A stretch of DNA of 64,000 bases from Burkholderiales bacterium (GCA_035543335.1 DASZZH010000038.1:6950-70949), one strand, 5' to 3'. Shown: positions 40,905-50,860, counted from the first letter of the stretch. The notes: a model not told the origin generated them from the letters alone. A program made the numbers and translations.

Positions 40905-42176
40905 CTACGCGGTAAGTGGGTAGACGGTGGTTATACCCTTGCCCTTGAGTTCGATGGTCTGCGGCGCATCAAACGAAAAGCGGTCGCGCAGACGCCGGTA
41001 GGTAGTCTCATCAACCTGGATGGTGCCGGACCCGGCTTCTGAAGTAATGCGGCTCGCTATGTTCACCGTGTCGCCCCACAGGTCGTAAATAAAGCGCTTG
41101 CTGCCGATGACACCCGCCACCACTGGGCCGGTGGCGATGCCGATGTGAATATCGAGGTTCTGGCGGCTGAACGCCGGATGCCGGCGCACCAGCTCGCGGA
41201 TTTCCAGCGCCATGTTGGCCACCGCTTCCACATAATCGGTCTGATTATCCCCCAGGCCGCCCGCCACCATGTAGGCGTCGCCGATGGTCTTGATTTTCTC
41301 CAGCCCGTATTTATCCGTCAGCCAGTCGAAATTGGAAAACACCTTGTTGAGCAGATCGACCATGTGCCGCGGCAGCATGCGCTCGGCAAGCCGGGTGAAA
41401 TCAACAATGTCGGCAAACATCACCGTGACATCGGCCAGGCCGTCGGCGATGATTTTTTCATCGTGCTTCAGGCGTTCGGCAACGTGTTTCGGCAGGATGT
41501 TGAGCAGCAAACGTTCCGATTTATCCTGCTCCACTTGCAACAGCCGATTTTTCTCTCCGAGCTCGGTCTGAAACATTTCTTTTTTCAGGACGAAGAATCG
41601 GATCAGCAAATAAACGATGGTCGAAAGTATGGTGAAGTTCAGAACAAAAAACACCGGGATGATTTTCATCGGCACGCCGCTCACCACCCCCGCCGCAAGA
41701 TAATAGTCAAAAACCCCCGAGACCGCAGTGAGCACCACATAGGCCACAAACCAGGGAATCGACTCCCTTACCCCTTGAAAAACCATCGCCCCCACCGGGG
41801 CCAGCAAAGCCAGCAGCACGATGCCGCTGGAGCTGATGAAATTGCCGATGCTCCATTGGATAACGAAGGGCACGAACAACAATAGGCTGATCTGGGTAAA
41901 GCGGAAGAAAGCGAAATTCTTGGTTTTCAGGTAAATCATCAGCGTCAGCGCCGAGACGAGCTGATAGCCCAGCGGGATCGTGGTCGGAAGCCGCATCCCC
42001 ATAGTCCAGTAAATCATGAGCCAAAATCCTGCGGCCAGGTTCATCAATCCGCAGGCAAACAGCAGCAGTGTCTTGCGCAACCTCTCGTCTTCCGAATCAG
42101 ACGGGCTGATTACTGATTGTGTCAGCCGCCCCAGAATACCAACGGAATTGCTGTTAGCTTGCGCCGGATCAGGCAT
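40905..42176 (-). CDS. Membrane-bound class III adenylate/guanylate cyclase
   Basis: About six TMs; LLLNILP, FADIVDFT, KIKTIGDAYM and YDLWGDTVNIASR motifs. Confidence 0.92.
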   Translation of the reverse strand: MPDPAQANSNSVGILGRLTQSVISPSDSEDERLRKTLLLFACGLMNLAAGFWLMIYWTMGMRLPTTIPLGYQLVSALTLMIYLKTKNFAFFRFTQISLLLFVPFVIQWSIGNFISSSGIVLLALLAPVGAMVFQGVRESIPWFVAYVVLTAVSGVFDYYLAAGVVSGVPMKIIPVFFVLNFTILSTIVYLLIRFFVLKKEMFQTELGEKNRLLQVEQDKSERLLLNILPKHVAERLKHDEKIIADGLADVTVMFADIVDFTRLAERMLPRHMVDLLNKVFSNFDWLTDKYGLEKIKTIGDAYMVAGGLGDNQTDYVEAVANMALEIRELVRRHPAFSRQNLDIHIGIATGPVVAGVIGSKRFIYDLWGDTVNIASRITSEAGSGTIQVDETTYRRLRDRFSFDAPQTIELKGKGITTVYPLTA

Positions 42177-42337
42177 GAGAGTGTTGTCGGGAAGAACTAA
42201 TGTAGTGGGCTCTAGGGTAATCCATTGACAGGTTACCGGTCAAGGCAAGCTCGCGCATCACCGTCCTCCGCCCGGTTCCTCATCACGCGGCAAAAAATAC
42301 GCTAGAATAGCCGCGTCTAATTTGTGGAGAGAACGCC

Positions 42338-43258
42338 ATGTCCATGGCCGACCGCGACGGTCATATCTGGTATGACGGCAAGCTGGTGCCCTGGCGCGAC
42401 GCCACCACCCATGTGCTGACCCATTCGCTCCACTACGGTCTGGCGGTGTTCGAGGGCGTGCGCGCCTACAAGACCGTGAGCGGCACCGCCATTTTCCGGC
42501 TCAAGGAACATACCGACCGGCTGTTCAATTCGGCGCATATTTACCTGATGAAGATGCCGTTCGACAAGCCAACCCTCCTCGAGGCGCAAAAGGAAGTGGT
42601 GCGCGCGAACAAGCTGGAGGAATGCTACATCCGGCCCATCGCTTTTTACGGTCCGGAGAAAATAGGCGTCTCGCCCAAAGGCGCCAAGGTGCATGTGGCG
42701 GTTGCCGCCTGGCCGTGGGGTGCGTATCTGGGCACGGAAGGGCTGGAAAAAGGCATTCGGGTGAAAACCTCGTCCTACGTGCGCCATCATGTCAACGTGA
42801 CCATGTGCCGCGCCAAGTATTCCGGGACCTATGCCAACTCGATTCTGGCCAACACCGAAGCGGTGGAGCACGGCTACGATGAAGCGCTGCTTTTGGACGT
42901 GGACGGCTTTGTCGCCGAAGGCTCGGGCGAGAATCTGTTTATCGTCAAGAACGGCAGGCTGTACGAGCCGGAACTCACTTCCGCGCTCATCGGCATCACC
43001 CGCGATGCGGTGATCACGCTGGCGCACGAAGCCGGATATGAGGTCAGCGCGAAGCGCATCACTCGCGACGATATTTACATTGCGGATGAAGCGTTTTTCA
43101 CCGGCACCGCGGCGGAAGTGACGCCGATCCGCGAGCTCGACGGCCGCGCCATCGGTTCCGGCTCGCGCGGCCCGATCACCGCAAAAATCCAGAAAATGTT
43201 TTTTGATTGCGTGAACGGCAAATCGGACAAGCACCGCGACTGGCTCACCCCCGTTTGA
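42338..43258 (+). CDS. ilvE: Branched-chain amino acid aminotransferase
   Basis: LHYGLAVFEG, EGSGENLF, GITR and GTAAEV motifs. Confidence 0.95.
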   Translation: MSMADRDGHIWYDGKLVPWRDATTHVLTHSLHYGLAVFEGVRAYKTVSGTAIFRLKEHTDRLFNSAHIYLMKMPFDKPTLLEAQKEVVRANKLEECYIRPIAFYGPEKIGVSPKGAKVHVAVAAWPWGAYLGTEGLEKGIRVKTSSYVRHHVNVTMCRAKYSGTYANSILANTEAVEHGYDEALLLDVDGFVAEGSGENLFIVKNGRLYEPELTSALIGITRDAVITLAHEAGYEVSAKRITRDDIYIADEAFFTGTAAEVTPIRELDGRAIGSGSRGPITAKIQKMFFDCVNGKSDKHRDWLTPV

Positions 43259-43459
43259 ATGGCGATGCAGGAAGAAAAGACAGCCAATAAAGAGCGGCAT
43301 ATCGAAGTGACCGCCAAGGACTTGCCGCTGCACTGTCCCATGCCTTCAATGCTGCTGTGGAACAGCCATCCACGCGTTTTTTTGCCGATAGAGGAAACGG
43401 GGGAGGAGCTTTGCCCCTATTGCGGCACGCTGTACAAACTTAAAAGCGTGAACAAGTAA
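43259..43459 (+). CDS. Small zinc-finger (CHCC) protein
   Basis: HCP...HPRVFL...CPYCG. Confidence 0.85.
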   Translation: MAMQEEKTANKERHIEVTAKDLPLHCPMPSMLLWNSHPRVFLPIEETGEELCPYCGTLYKLKSVNK

Positions 43460-43588
43460 ACGGGTGAATAAGTGAACAAGTGAAACAGTAAAGAAGACAA
43501 AGCTTGAGGGTATTTTCTGATTCGCCTTTTCGCTCTTCACTCGTTCACCCGCTCACCTGTTTTTCTGTTCACTCGTTCACTTGTTCAC
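43448..43588. repeat. Inverted arrays of degenerate 8-mer repeats (GTGAACAA / TTGTTCAC)
   Basis: About six units at 43448-43492 and about seven inverted units at 43536-43588. Confidence 0.8.
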
Positions 43589-43604
43589 CTAGGATTACCC
43601 GCCC

Positions 43605-44624
43605 GTGACCAAAATTCTCATCGTCGCACCCTCCTGGGTAGGCGACGCCGTTCTCGCACAACCGCTTTTCAAAAGGTTGCATGAACGGCTGCCCGGTGTC
43701 ATTCTCGATGTGCTCGCCCCGCTTTGGGTCGCGCCGTTGCTTTCACGCATGCCCGAAGTCAACGAAGTGATCACCAGCCCTTTCCGGCATGGCGAACTTA
43801 ATCTTCGGGATCGCCGCAGGCTCGGCCGCAAACTGGCGGCGCGCCGCTACGACCAGGCGATCGTGCTTCCCAACTCCTGGAAATCCGCATTGATCCCCTT
43901 TTTCGCGCGTATCCCGGTGCGCACGGGTTTTGTCGGCGAAATGCGCTTCGTCCTGCTCAATGACGGCAGAACGCTCAACAAGCTGCAATTTCCGTTAATG
44001 GTCGAGCGTTTTGCGCTGCTTGGCGAGGAACGCGGGACATCGCTCAAGCGCCCGCTTGCAACACCCGGCCTGCGCCTATCTGCAAGCGGGCGGGAAGCGG
44101 TTCTGAAGAAACTCGGACTCGACGCGAGAAAACCGGTAGTTGCGTTCTGCCCGGGCGCGGAATACGGCCCCGCCAAGCGCTGGCCGCCAAATTATTTCGC
44201 CGAACTGGCCCGGGGATTGCATGGCAAAGGCTATCAAATTTGGCTCTTCGGCTCGCCCAACGATGCCTCCGTCTGCGGGGAAATCCAGCGCTTGAGCAGC
44301 GGCGATGTTGACAATCTTTGCGGCAAAACCACGCTCGATGAAGCGATTGATCTGCTCTCTTGCGCCTCCCTCGTGGTCAGCAACGATTCCGGATTGATGC
44401 ATATCGCCGCGGCATTGGACAAGCCGCTTTACGCGCTGTATGGCTCAAGCAGCCCCAGTTTTACGCCACCGCTTTCAGCAAAAGCCAAAATCCTCAAACT
44501 CGACCTCCCCTGCATGCCCTGCTTTCAGCGCGTGTGCCCCTTGAAGCACTTCAACTGCATGATGCAATTGACGCCGGAAAAGGTTTTAGCCAAGATTGAC
44601 TTTAAAAAAGTCGAGCCGTCATGA
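43605..44624 (+). CDS. waaF: Lipopolysaccharide heptosyltransferase II
   Basis: PSWVGD, PGAEYGPAKRWP and NDSGLMH motifs. Confidence 0.95.
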   Translation: MTKILIVAPSWVGDAVLAQPLFKRLHERLPGVILDVLAPLWVAPLLSRMPEVNEVITSPFRHGELNLRDRRRLGRKLAARRYDQAIVLPNSWKSALIPFFARIPVRTGFVGEMRFVLLNDGRTLNKLQFPLMVERFALLGEERGTSLKRPLATPGLRLSASGREAVLKKLGLDARKPVVAFCPGAEYGPAKRWPPNYFAELARGLHGKGYQIWLFGSPNDASVCGEIQRLSSGDVDNLCGKTTLDEAIDLLSCASLVVSNDSGLMHIAAALDKPLYALYGSSSPSFTPPLSAKAKILKLDLPCMPCFQRVCPLKHFNCMMQLTPEKVLAKIDFKKVEPS

Positions 44625-45052
44625 AAACGCCGATATTCCCCACGCCGCAGGACGCAGAAACCGCGTTTTACGAGGCTTTTGAACACGCCGACCTCGAGGC
44701 GATGATGGCGGTGTGGGCGGAAGACGAGGAAGTGATATGCGTGCATCCTGCCGGGCCGAGGCTGGTTGGGCAAGGGCCGATCCGTGAAAGCTGGCGGCAG
44801 ATTTTCGCCAATGGCCCGAGATTACGCTTTCATCTCGTCGGGCAGCAATACCTGCGCGGTATGCTGCTCTCGGTGCACAGCGTTTATGAAAATATCGTGG
44901 TGACGGGCGAAACCGCGCCGCGCAGCCCCATTATTGCCACCAATATCTATCTTCTCACCGAAAGGGGCTGGCGGATGCTACTGCATCACGCCTGCCCCGC
45001 TCCGGCCACCGCCAAAGCAACAGGCGAAACACCACCCACGGTGCTGCATTAA
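44621..45052 (+). CDS. NTF2/SnoaL-like protein
   Basis: AFYEAFE..DLEAMMAVW, CVHP and ATNIY...WRMLLHH motifs. Confidence 0.85.
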   Translation: MKTPIFPTPQDAETAFYEAFEHADLEAMMAVWAEDEEVICVHPAGPRLVGQGPIRESWRQIFANGPRLRFHLVGQQYLRGMLLSVHSVYENIVVTGETAPRSPIIATNIYLLTERGWRMLLHHACPAPATAKATGETPPTVLH

Positions 45053-45061
45053 TCTCAGTGA

Positions 45062-46054
45062 ATGGCCATGACGGCAAACCGCCGCATTCGAGCTTATCGT
45101 GCGCCGTGGTGGCTTCCCGGTGGCCACTTGCAAACCATCTATCCCGCTTTTCTCGATTGGCGTTACCGCGTTGATTACCGGCGCGAGCGCTGGGATACGC
45201 CGGACGGCGACTTCATCGATCTGGATTGGGTGGATGGGAAAACGGAAAACCCGCTTATCGTCCTGTTCCACGGTTTGGAAGGCGGTTCGCGCAGTCATTA
45301 CGCGTTAAGTCTGATGCACGCCGTGCGCGAACTTGGTTGGCGTGGCGTGGTGGTGCTGTTTCGCGGCTGCAGCGGCGAAATCAACCGCCTGCCGCGCGCC
45401 TATCATTCCGGCGACAGCGCCGAAATCGATTGGATTCTGCGTAGATTGAAAGCGCATAATCCGCAAAGCACAATTTATGCGTTGGGTGTTTCGCTCGGCG
45501 GCAACGCCCTGCTTAAATGGCTGGGCGAGCAAGGCGAGCAAGCCAGAAACGTAATCCATGCCGCTGCGGCGATCTCCGCTCCTCTTGATTTGATGGCGGC
45601 GGGCGATCGTCTCGGCCGGGGGTACAACCTGGTTTACACCCGCATTTTCATGAAAACCATGAAGCGCAAATACCTCGAGAAACTCAAGCGTTTTCCGAAC
45701 CTTTTCAACCGCGAGGCGATGCTCCGCTCCAGAACATTGCGGGAATTCGATGACGTCATTACCGCGCCGCTGCATGGCTACAAGAATACCGACGATTACT
45801 GGACATGCGCCAGCAGCAAGCCCGGCCTGAAAAACATCCAGGCACCCACCCTGCTCATCAACGCCAGAAACGACCCTTTTCTTCCAGACCATGCATTGCC
45901 CTCACCCAATGAGGTCTCACCTGCGGTAACATTAGAGTTTTCGGCGCAAGGCGGCCACGCGGGGTTCGTGAGCGGCGCGTTTCCCGGGCATCTCGACTGG
46001 CTGCCGCAGCGGATTGTGAGTTTCTTTAATAACTCTGAACCGCAGAGGCGCTGA
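45062..46054 (+). CDS. YheT-family alpha/beta hydrolase
   Basis: GHLQT, HGLEG, GVSLGG, NDPF and GGHAGF motifs. Confidence 0.9.
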   Translation: MAMTANRRIRAYRAPWWLPGGHLQTIYPAFLDWRYRVDYRRERWDTPDGDFIDLDWVDGKTENPLIVLFHGLEGGSRSHYALSLMHAVRELGWRGVVVLFRGCSGEINRLPRAYHSGDSAEIDWILRRLKAHNPQSTIYALGVSLGGNALLKWLGEQGEQARNVIHAAAAISAPLDLMAAGDRLGRGYNLVYTRIFMKTMKRKYLEKLKRFPNLFNREAMLRSRTLREFDDVITAPLHGYKNTDDYWTCASSKPGLKNIQAPTLLINARNDPFLPDHALPSPNEVSPAVTLEFSAQGGHAGFVSGAFPGHLDWLPQRIVSFFNNSEPQRR

Positions 46055-46100
46055 GGCGCAGAGAAAGCGGTTTATCTCCGCGTCTTTGCGTCTCTGCGGT
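46039..46100. repeat. Palindromic element made of (CGCAGAGG)n-like 8-mers
   Basis: Arms 46039-46063 and 46076-46100 match 20/25 as an inverted repeat. Confidence 0.75.
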
Positions 46101-46131
46101 AAAATAAACGGCAAACCTTGTCGCCTAACTG

Positions 46132-47508
46132 ATGGCAATGATTCCCAAAGAAATTTTCAAAGCCTACGACATCCGCGGCATTGTCGGCAAAACACTGACT
46201 GCGGAAATCGTCGAAGCCATCGGCGGGGCTATCGGCTCCGAGGCACGGGCAAAAAAACAAAAAACCATCGCCATCGGCCGCGACGGCCGTCTTTCCGGAC
46301 CCGAATTATCCGAGGCGCTGGCAAAGGGAATCCAAAAAGCCGGCATCGATGTGATAGACATCGGGCTATGCGCAACGCCGATGCTCTACTTCGCTACCCA
46401 TCACCTGCAAACGCACTCCGGCGTCATGGTGACCGGTTCGCACAACCCGCCCGATTACAACGGCCTCAAAATCGTCATCGGCGGCGAGACGCTCTCCGGC
46501 GAATCCATCCAAAAGCTCAGGACACGCATCGAGCAAAATGACTTAAGCGATGGCAAAGGCAATTACGCCGAAAAAACCGTCACTGAAGATTACATCGCCC
46601 GGATCAGCAGCGACATCAAGCTTGCGCGGCCGATGAAAATCGTGGTGGATTGCGGCAACGGCGTGCCCGGCGCCTTCGCGCCCAGGCTTTATCGCCAGCT
46701 TGGCTGCCATGTCCGGGAATTGTTTTGCGAGGTGGATGGCAGTTTTCCCAACCACCATCCCGATCCCTCGCAGCCTGAAAATCTCAAGGATGTGATTCAG
46801 GCGCTCAAAACCACCGATGCCGAAATCGGCCTGGCATTTGACGGCGATGGCGACCGGCTGGGCGTGGTCACCAAAGACGGGAAAATCGTCTATCCCGACC
46901 GCCAGTTGATGCTGTTCGCCGCCGACATGCTTTCGCGCAATCCGGGCGCGGAGGTTATTTTCGACGTGAAATGCACCCGCAACTTGTTTCCGTGGATAAG
47001 CGAACGCGGCGGAAAACCCATCTTGTGGAAAACCGGCCACTCGCTGATTAAGGCGAAAATGAAGGAAACCGGCGCGCTGCTCGCCGGAGAAATGAGCGGG
47101 CACATTTTCTTCAAGGAGCGCTGGTACGGCTTTGATGATGGTCTTTATGCCGGCGCGCGGCTTTTGGAATATTTGAGCCACCAGCCCGATATTAATGCAA
47201 CGCTCGACAGCCTTCCCGATTCGGTAAACACCCCCGAGCTGCAGCTGAAACTGAAAGAAGGAGAAAACTACGCGTTGATTGAAAAACTGCAAAAAACCGC
47301 GCGTTTCAAGGACGCAAAAGAAGTAATTACGATTGACGGCCTGCGGGTGGAATTCGCCGACGGTTTCGGCCTCGCCCGCTCCTCCAACACCACGCCGGTG
47401 ATTATTTTCCGCTTCGAAGCGGACAATCCAAAAGCCTTAAAGCGCATTCAGGAAGATTTTCGCCGAGTCGTCCTGCATGCCAAGCCTGGTGTGGTCCTGC
47501 CGTTTTAA
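46132..47508 (+). CDS. algC: Phosphomannomutase/phosphoglucomutase
   Basis: [21 protein letters not shown] and GEMSGH motifs. Confidence 0.93.
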   Translation: MAMIPKEIFKAYDIRGIVGKTLTAEIVEAIGGAIGSEARAKKQKTIAIGRDGRLSGPELSEALAKGIQKAGIDVIDIGLCATPMLYFATHHLQTHSGVMVTGSHNPPDYNGLKIVIGGETLSGESIQKLRTRIEQNDLSDGKGNYAEKTVTEDYIARISSDIKLARPMKIVVDCGNGVPGAFAPRLYRQLGCHVRELFCEVDGSFPNHHPDPSQPENLKDVIQALKTTDAEIGLAFDGDGDRLGVVTKDGKIVYPDRQLMLFAADMLSRNPGAEVIFDVKCTRNLFPWISERGGKPILWKTGHSLIKAKMKETGALLAGEMSGHIFFKERWYGFDDGLYAGARLLEYLSHQPDINATLDSLPDSVNTPELQLKLKEGENYALIEKLQKTARFKDAKEVITIDGLRVEFADGFGLARSSNTTPVIIFRFEADNPKALKRIQEDFRRVVLHAKPGVVLPF

Positions 47509-48512
47509 CCCAAAACGGCGTCCAGCGGACTTACCACTCCTCGCCCACCCTTGTTCAGTACGTGAGTGTAGATCATCGTAGTGCTGACATCCTGATGCCC
47601 GAGCAGTTCCTGCACCGTGCGGATGTCGTAGCCGTTTTGCAACAGATGGGTCGCAAAAGAGTGGCGCAAGGTATGACAGCTTGCGGGCTTGTTGACCCCC
47701 GCTTTCCGCACAGCCTCCTTGATCGCCCGTTGCAGGATGTTATCGTACAAATGGTGACGACGAATTACCCCCGTCTCCGGCTCCGCCGATAACCGCATCG
47801 AGGGAAATACGTACTGCCATCCCCATTCCCGCCCGGCGTTGGGGTACTTCCGCCCCAGTGCGTAGGGTAGCGCAACCTCCCCGTAACCCGCGGCAAGGTC
47901 CCGCCCGTGCAACGCCTTCACCTTTTCCAGGTGGCGCTTGAGCGGCTCCACCAGGTTCTGCGGAAGCATCGTCACCCGGTCCTTCGCGCCCTTCCCGTCG
48001 CGGACGATGAGCTGGCCGTACCCGAAATCAATGTCCTTCACCCGCAGCCGCAGGCACTCGCTGAGGCGTAGCCCGCACCCATAGAGCAGGCTCGCCATCA
48101 ACCATTTCGTGCCGTCCAGTTGGGCCAGAACCGCCTTGACCTCGGCACTAGTAAAGACCACAGGAAGCCGCGCGGGCTGCTTTGCGCGTTGCAGGTTGTC
48201 CAGCCACTGCAATTCCTTCCCCAATACCTCCTTGTACAGGAACAGGACTGCGCACAGAGCCTGGTTCTGGGTAGACGCTGCAACCTGCCGCTGCACAGCC
48301 AAGTGGTTAAGAAATTCAGTCACCTCCCGCTCCCCCATGGTAGCGGGGTGACGTTTGTTGTGGAAATAGATGAACCGCTTCGTCCAATGCACGTACGCTT
48401 GCTCTGTTCGGCGACTGTAGTGCCGGACTCGAATGGCGCTCCTCATCTGATCGAGAAGCCTGGGCCGAGGGAGTTCCGAGGAAGAAACGATCATGTTCGG
48501 GTCAGAATCCAT
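47505..48512 (-). CDS. intI: Integron integrase (tyrosine recombinase)
   Basis: [31 protein letters not shown] and TMIY, plus the integron-specific insertion [21 protein letters not shown]. Confidence 0.97.
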   Translation of the reverse strand: MDSDPNMIVSSSELPRPRLLDQMRSAIRVRHYSRRTEQAYVHWTKRFIYFHNKRHPATMGEREVTEFLNHLAVQRQVAASTQNQALCAVLFLYKEVLGKELQWLDNLQRAKQPARLPVVFTSAEVKAVLAQLDGTKWLMASLLYGCGLRLSECLRLRVKDIDFGYGQLIVRDGKGAKDRVTMLPQNLVEPLKRHLEKVKALHGRDLAAGYGEVALPYALGRKYPNAGREWGWQYVFPSMRLSAEPETGVIRRHHLYDNILQRAIKEAVRKAGVNKPASCHTLRHSFATHLLQNGYDIRTVQELLGHQDVSTTMIYTHVLNKGGRGVVSPLDAVLG

Positions 48513-48660
48513 AGGACGGCGCCTTTCATATGTGTTATTCGGCTTTGGTATACATAACGGATTGATTCATGTGCAGGATGACATGCGCGCATAAATGGTT
48601 ACGCCTACAACTCGGGCCATCACTACACGGACCCGCCCCCGGGGCGGTCGTCCCGAAAGC

Positions 48661-48775
48661 CCCTTTCATTCGCGTTATCCGGCGAGGGTATTCATAGCGC
48701 ATTGATTTTGATGTAGGATGACATGCACGTATAAATAGTTACGCCGACATTTCGGCCGTTCAATTCACGTTAGCC
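48661..48775 (+). promoter_or_regulatory. attI region with crossover G|TTAGCC at 48769 (probably includes Pc)
   Basis: GTTAGCC is complementary to the GGCTAAC R'' box of the first attC, as expected for a cassette integrated at attI. Confidence 0.75.
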
Positions 48776-48798
48776 ATTCCGAACGAGGACTTCGCACT

Positions 48799-49554
48799 AT
48801 GGATGATCATTCACACTTGGACGCGAAGTACTTTCTCGGAATAGATATATACAACTGTCCGTTCTGTAATCGACGGCATGTTAAGTACCAGATCATGGGG
48901 CGCAGCCAGTTTAATTGGTCGAATCACAAGGTTTGCGAGATTTGGCGCGTGAGATGCGCAAGCTGTGAAAAGACCTCCATGCACCTCACCTTTCAACAAT
49001 TGCAAGATCCCAACTACAGCGGCTCCTCGCGATTTCGTGATGACGTAGATCTTGATAAGGCATTTTTCTATTCCGTGCCGACGTCATTCTTTGTGGTGGA
49101 CAGTCGAATTCCGCGTGTAATTCGGGAGCTCATTACAGAAGCGGAAGGATGCGCCAAGATGAACTATCTAACGGGCGCGTCTGCATGCACTCGAAAAGCA
49201 ATATATGAACTTCTCTCTCTTCAGAAAGCTGAAGGGGCGAATTACGATGACAAAATAAAATATGTAGCATCCAAGCACCCTGCTGTCGACGCCGAGCTTT
49301 TCGAAATCCTTGGTCACATTAAAGACATGACCAGTGATCATGTCCACGAACAGAGTTGGATCGCATGGGACAGCAAACACCTTCAACTTTTCTTGGAAAC
49401 ATTCAAAGCGGTACTGCATGAAATTTATGTTGTGCCCGACGAGAAAAAGAGCAGAGCGGATTCGGTGCGTGCGCTTCGCGAACAACTTGGTAAAGCAAAG
49501 TCAGACGGAATCGCATCCTCTATTCCTGCAAAAGGGGAAGCGGAGAATGGCTAA
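48799..49554 (+). CDS. Cassette 1: Zn-ribbon plus DUF4145 (HEPN-like) protein
   Basis: CPFC...CASC; IRELITEAEGC...ASACTRKAIYE...IKDMTSDHVH; visibly AT-richer than the flanks. Confidence 0.65.
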   Translation: MDDHSHLDAKYFLGIDIYNCPFCNRRHVKYQIMGRSQFNWSNHKVCEIWRVRCASCEKTSMHLTFQQLQDPNYSGSSRFRDDVDLDKAFFYSVPTSFFVVDSRIPRVIRELITEAEGCAKMNYLTGASACTRKAIYELLSLQKAEGANYDDKIKYVASKHPAVDAELFEILGHIKDMTSDHVHEQSWIAWDSKHLQLFLETFKAVLHEIYVVPDEKKSRADSVRALREQLGKAKSDGIASSIPAKGEAENG

Positions 49555-49614
49555 CCCGGCAGTCAACCGGACCTGCGCGAATAACGGCGCAGGCCGGTTA
49601 CTTCGACGTTCGGC
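49549..49614 (+). other. attC site 1 (66 bp)
   Basis: GGCTAAC...aaccggacctgcgc/gcgcaggccggtt...GTTCGGC. Confidence 0.9.
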
Positions 49615-49685
49615 ACGTTGCTGCGCATGCTGTGCCGAGAAGTGACCGAGATAATTGAGACAGAACCTTGATGACGGAGCAGTCA

Positions 49686-50201
49686 ATGAATGTAACGATT
49701 ATCGTCGCTATTGTCGCTCTGGTATCAACCATCATAGGCGCGACCATCGGCGCAGCAACAACCTATATGCTCTCCGTGAGACGTGAGCGTGCAGACAAGG
49801 AAAGAGACGACCGCAATCACGCCGTCGAGGTCAAGCGGGCAGCGCGCTTAATTGGCTTGGACCTGTTGTGGGCGCGGACGGCGGCAAACTACTGGGTCGA
49901 GGAGAAGACATGGTCTCATCCAGATGTGCCAATACTCTCACTCTCGACCGAAGCGCGGCAGAAGTATCTCGACACCATTGCTACGGACCTATCCGAGGAC
50001 GCTTGGAACTCCGTCACAACGGCGCTTCAGTCGGCAGACAGCATCAGAGTGATCCTCGGAAGGCCGAGGGATCAAGCCATCGCTATTCCCGACGACGTGG
50101 CTGAGGCGTTCGTTCCATTGATAACCCGCATCGACAAGGGATGTCGTGACCTGGGTCTATACCACTTTGATCTCCAGGCGGCCGGTAAATCGACACAATG
50201 A
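49686..50201 (+). CDS. Cassette 2: N-terminally membrane-anchored hypothetical protein
   Basis: Hydrophobic N-terminal helix followed by a charged helical region; GGAG SD before ATG 49686 (ORF track starts at 49668). Confidence 0.7.
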   Translation: MNVTIIVAIVALVSTIIGATIGAATTYMLSVRRERADKERDDRNHAVEVKRAARLIGLDLLWARTAANYWVEEKTWSHPDVPILSLSTEARQKYLDTIATDLSEDAWNSVTTALQSADSIRVILGRPRDQAIAIPDDVAEAFVPLITRIDKGCRDLGLYHFDLQAAGKSTQ

Positions 50202-50215
50202 CCGCTTTACTGAGA

Positions 50216-50277
50216 GCCGAACAACGCCATGCACCCGACGCGCAAAGGACGCGCGCGGGTGATGGCTGGCGTTAGAC
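50216..50277 (+). other. attC site 2 (62 bp)
   Basis: GCCGAAC (complement of the preceding GTTCGGC)...palindromic core...GTTAGAC. Confidence 0.9.
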
Positions 50278-50301
50278 ATGCTCTTTACGATTGGAGAACA
50301 C

Positions 50302-50718
50302 ATGAGATTCACTGCGCTCTTAATCTGCGCACTGCTCTTATCCGGCTGCGTAACGATGGGGAGGGAAATTACCGAAGAACAGCTGGCCGGATTCAAGAAG
50401 GGTGAAACGACAGTCCAAGACGTTACTTCTAAGCTCGGCACCCCGACGTCGAGTTCTGTCACTGCGACCGGGCAACGGACACTCTCTTACATGTTTGCGC
50501 ATTCGCAGGCACGGCCTGGGACATTCGTTCCGATTATTGGTCCCCTCATCGGAGGCGCCGACACTCGTTCGAGTATGGTGATCTTTATCTTCGGAGCCGA
50601 CGGAAAGCTCCAAGACTTTCATGCGTCACAAAGTCAGCTCGGCTCCGGCTTTGGTGCGGCGGCCGGGCAGTATCAACCGCCATATGCGGATCAACCGAGT
50701 GAGGCTCCGCGAAAATGA
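50302..50718 (+). CDS. Cassette 3: lipoprotein with SmpA/OmlA-like domain
   Basis: Lipobox LSGC; FKKGETTVQDVTSKLGTP. Confidence 0.7.
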   Translation: MRFTALLICALLLSGCVTMGREITEEQLAGFKKGETTVQDVTSKLGTPTSSSVTATGQRTLSYMFAHSQARPGTFVPIIGPLIGGADTRSSMVIFIFGADGKLQDFHASQSQLGSGFGAAAGQYQPPYADQPSEAPRK

Positions 50719-50722
50719 GCAT

Positions 50723-50818
50723 GTCTAACCCCGCGTTCGAGCGGAGCGCCCGTCAGCGTCGCTGCCGGGTGCTCTCGTCGCTTCGCTCCTCGGCGCCGGC
50801 TCAACGCGAACGTTGGGC
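50723..50818 (+). other. attC site 3 (96 bp)
   Basis: GTCTAAC...cgcgttcgagc/gctcaacgcg...GTTGGGC. Confidence 0.9.
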
Positions 50819-50860
50819 CGCATAGACATGAAGCCGATTTGAGTTTTTTGGAGACCAGGG

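Noticed and set aside
48598..48604. GTTACGC (also at 48738-48744) as the attI crossover
   Set aside because: It does not complement the first attC R'' (GGCTAAC), whereas GTTAGCC at 48769 does
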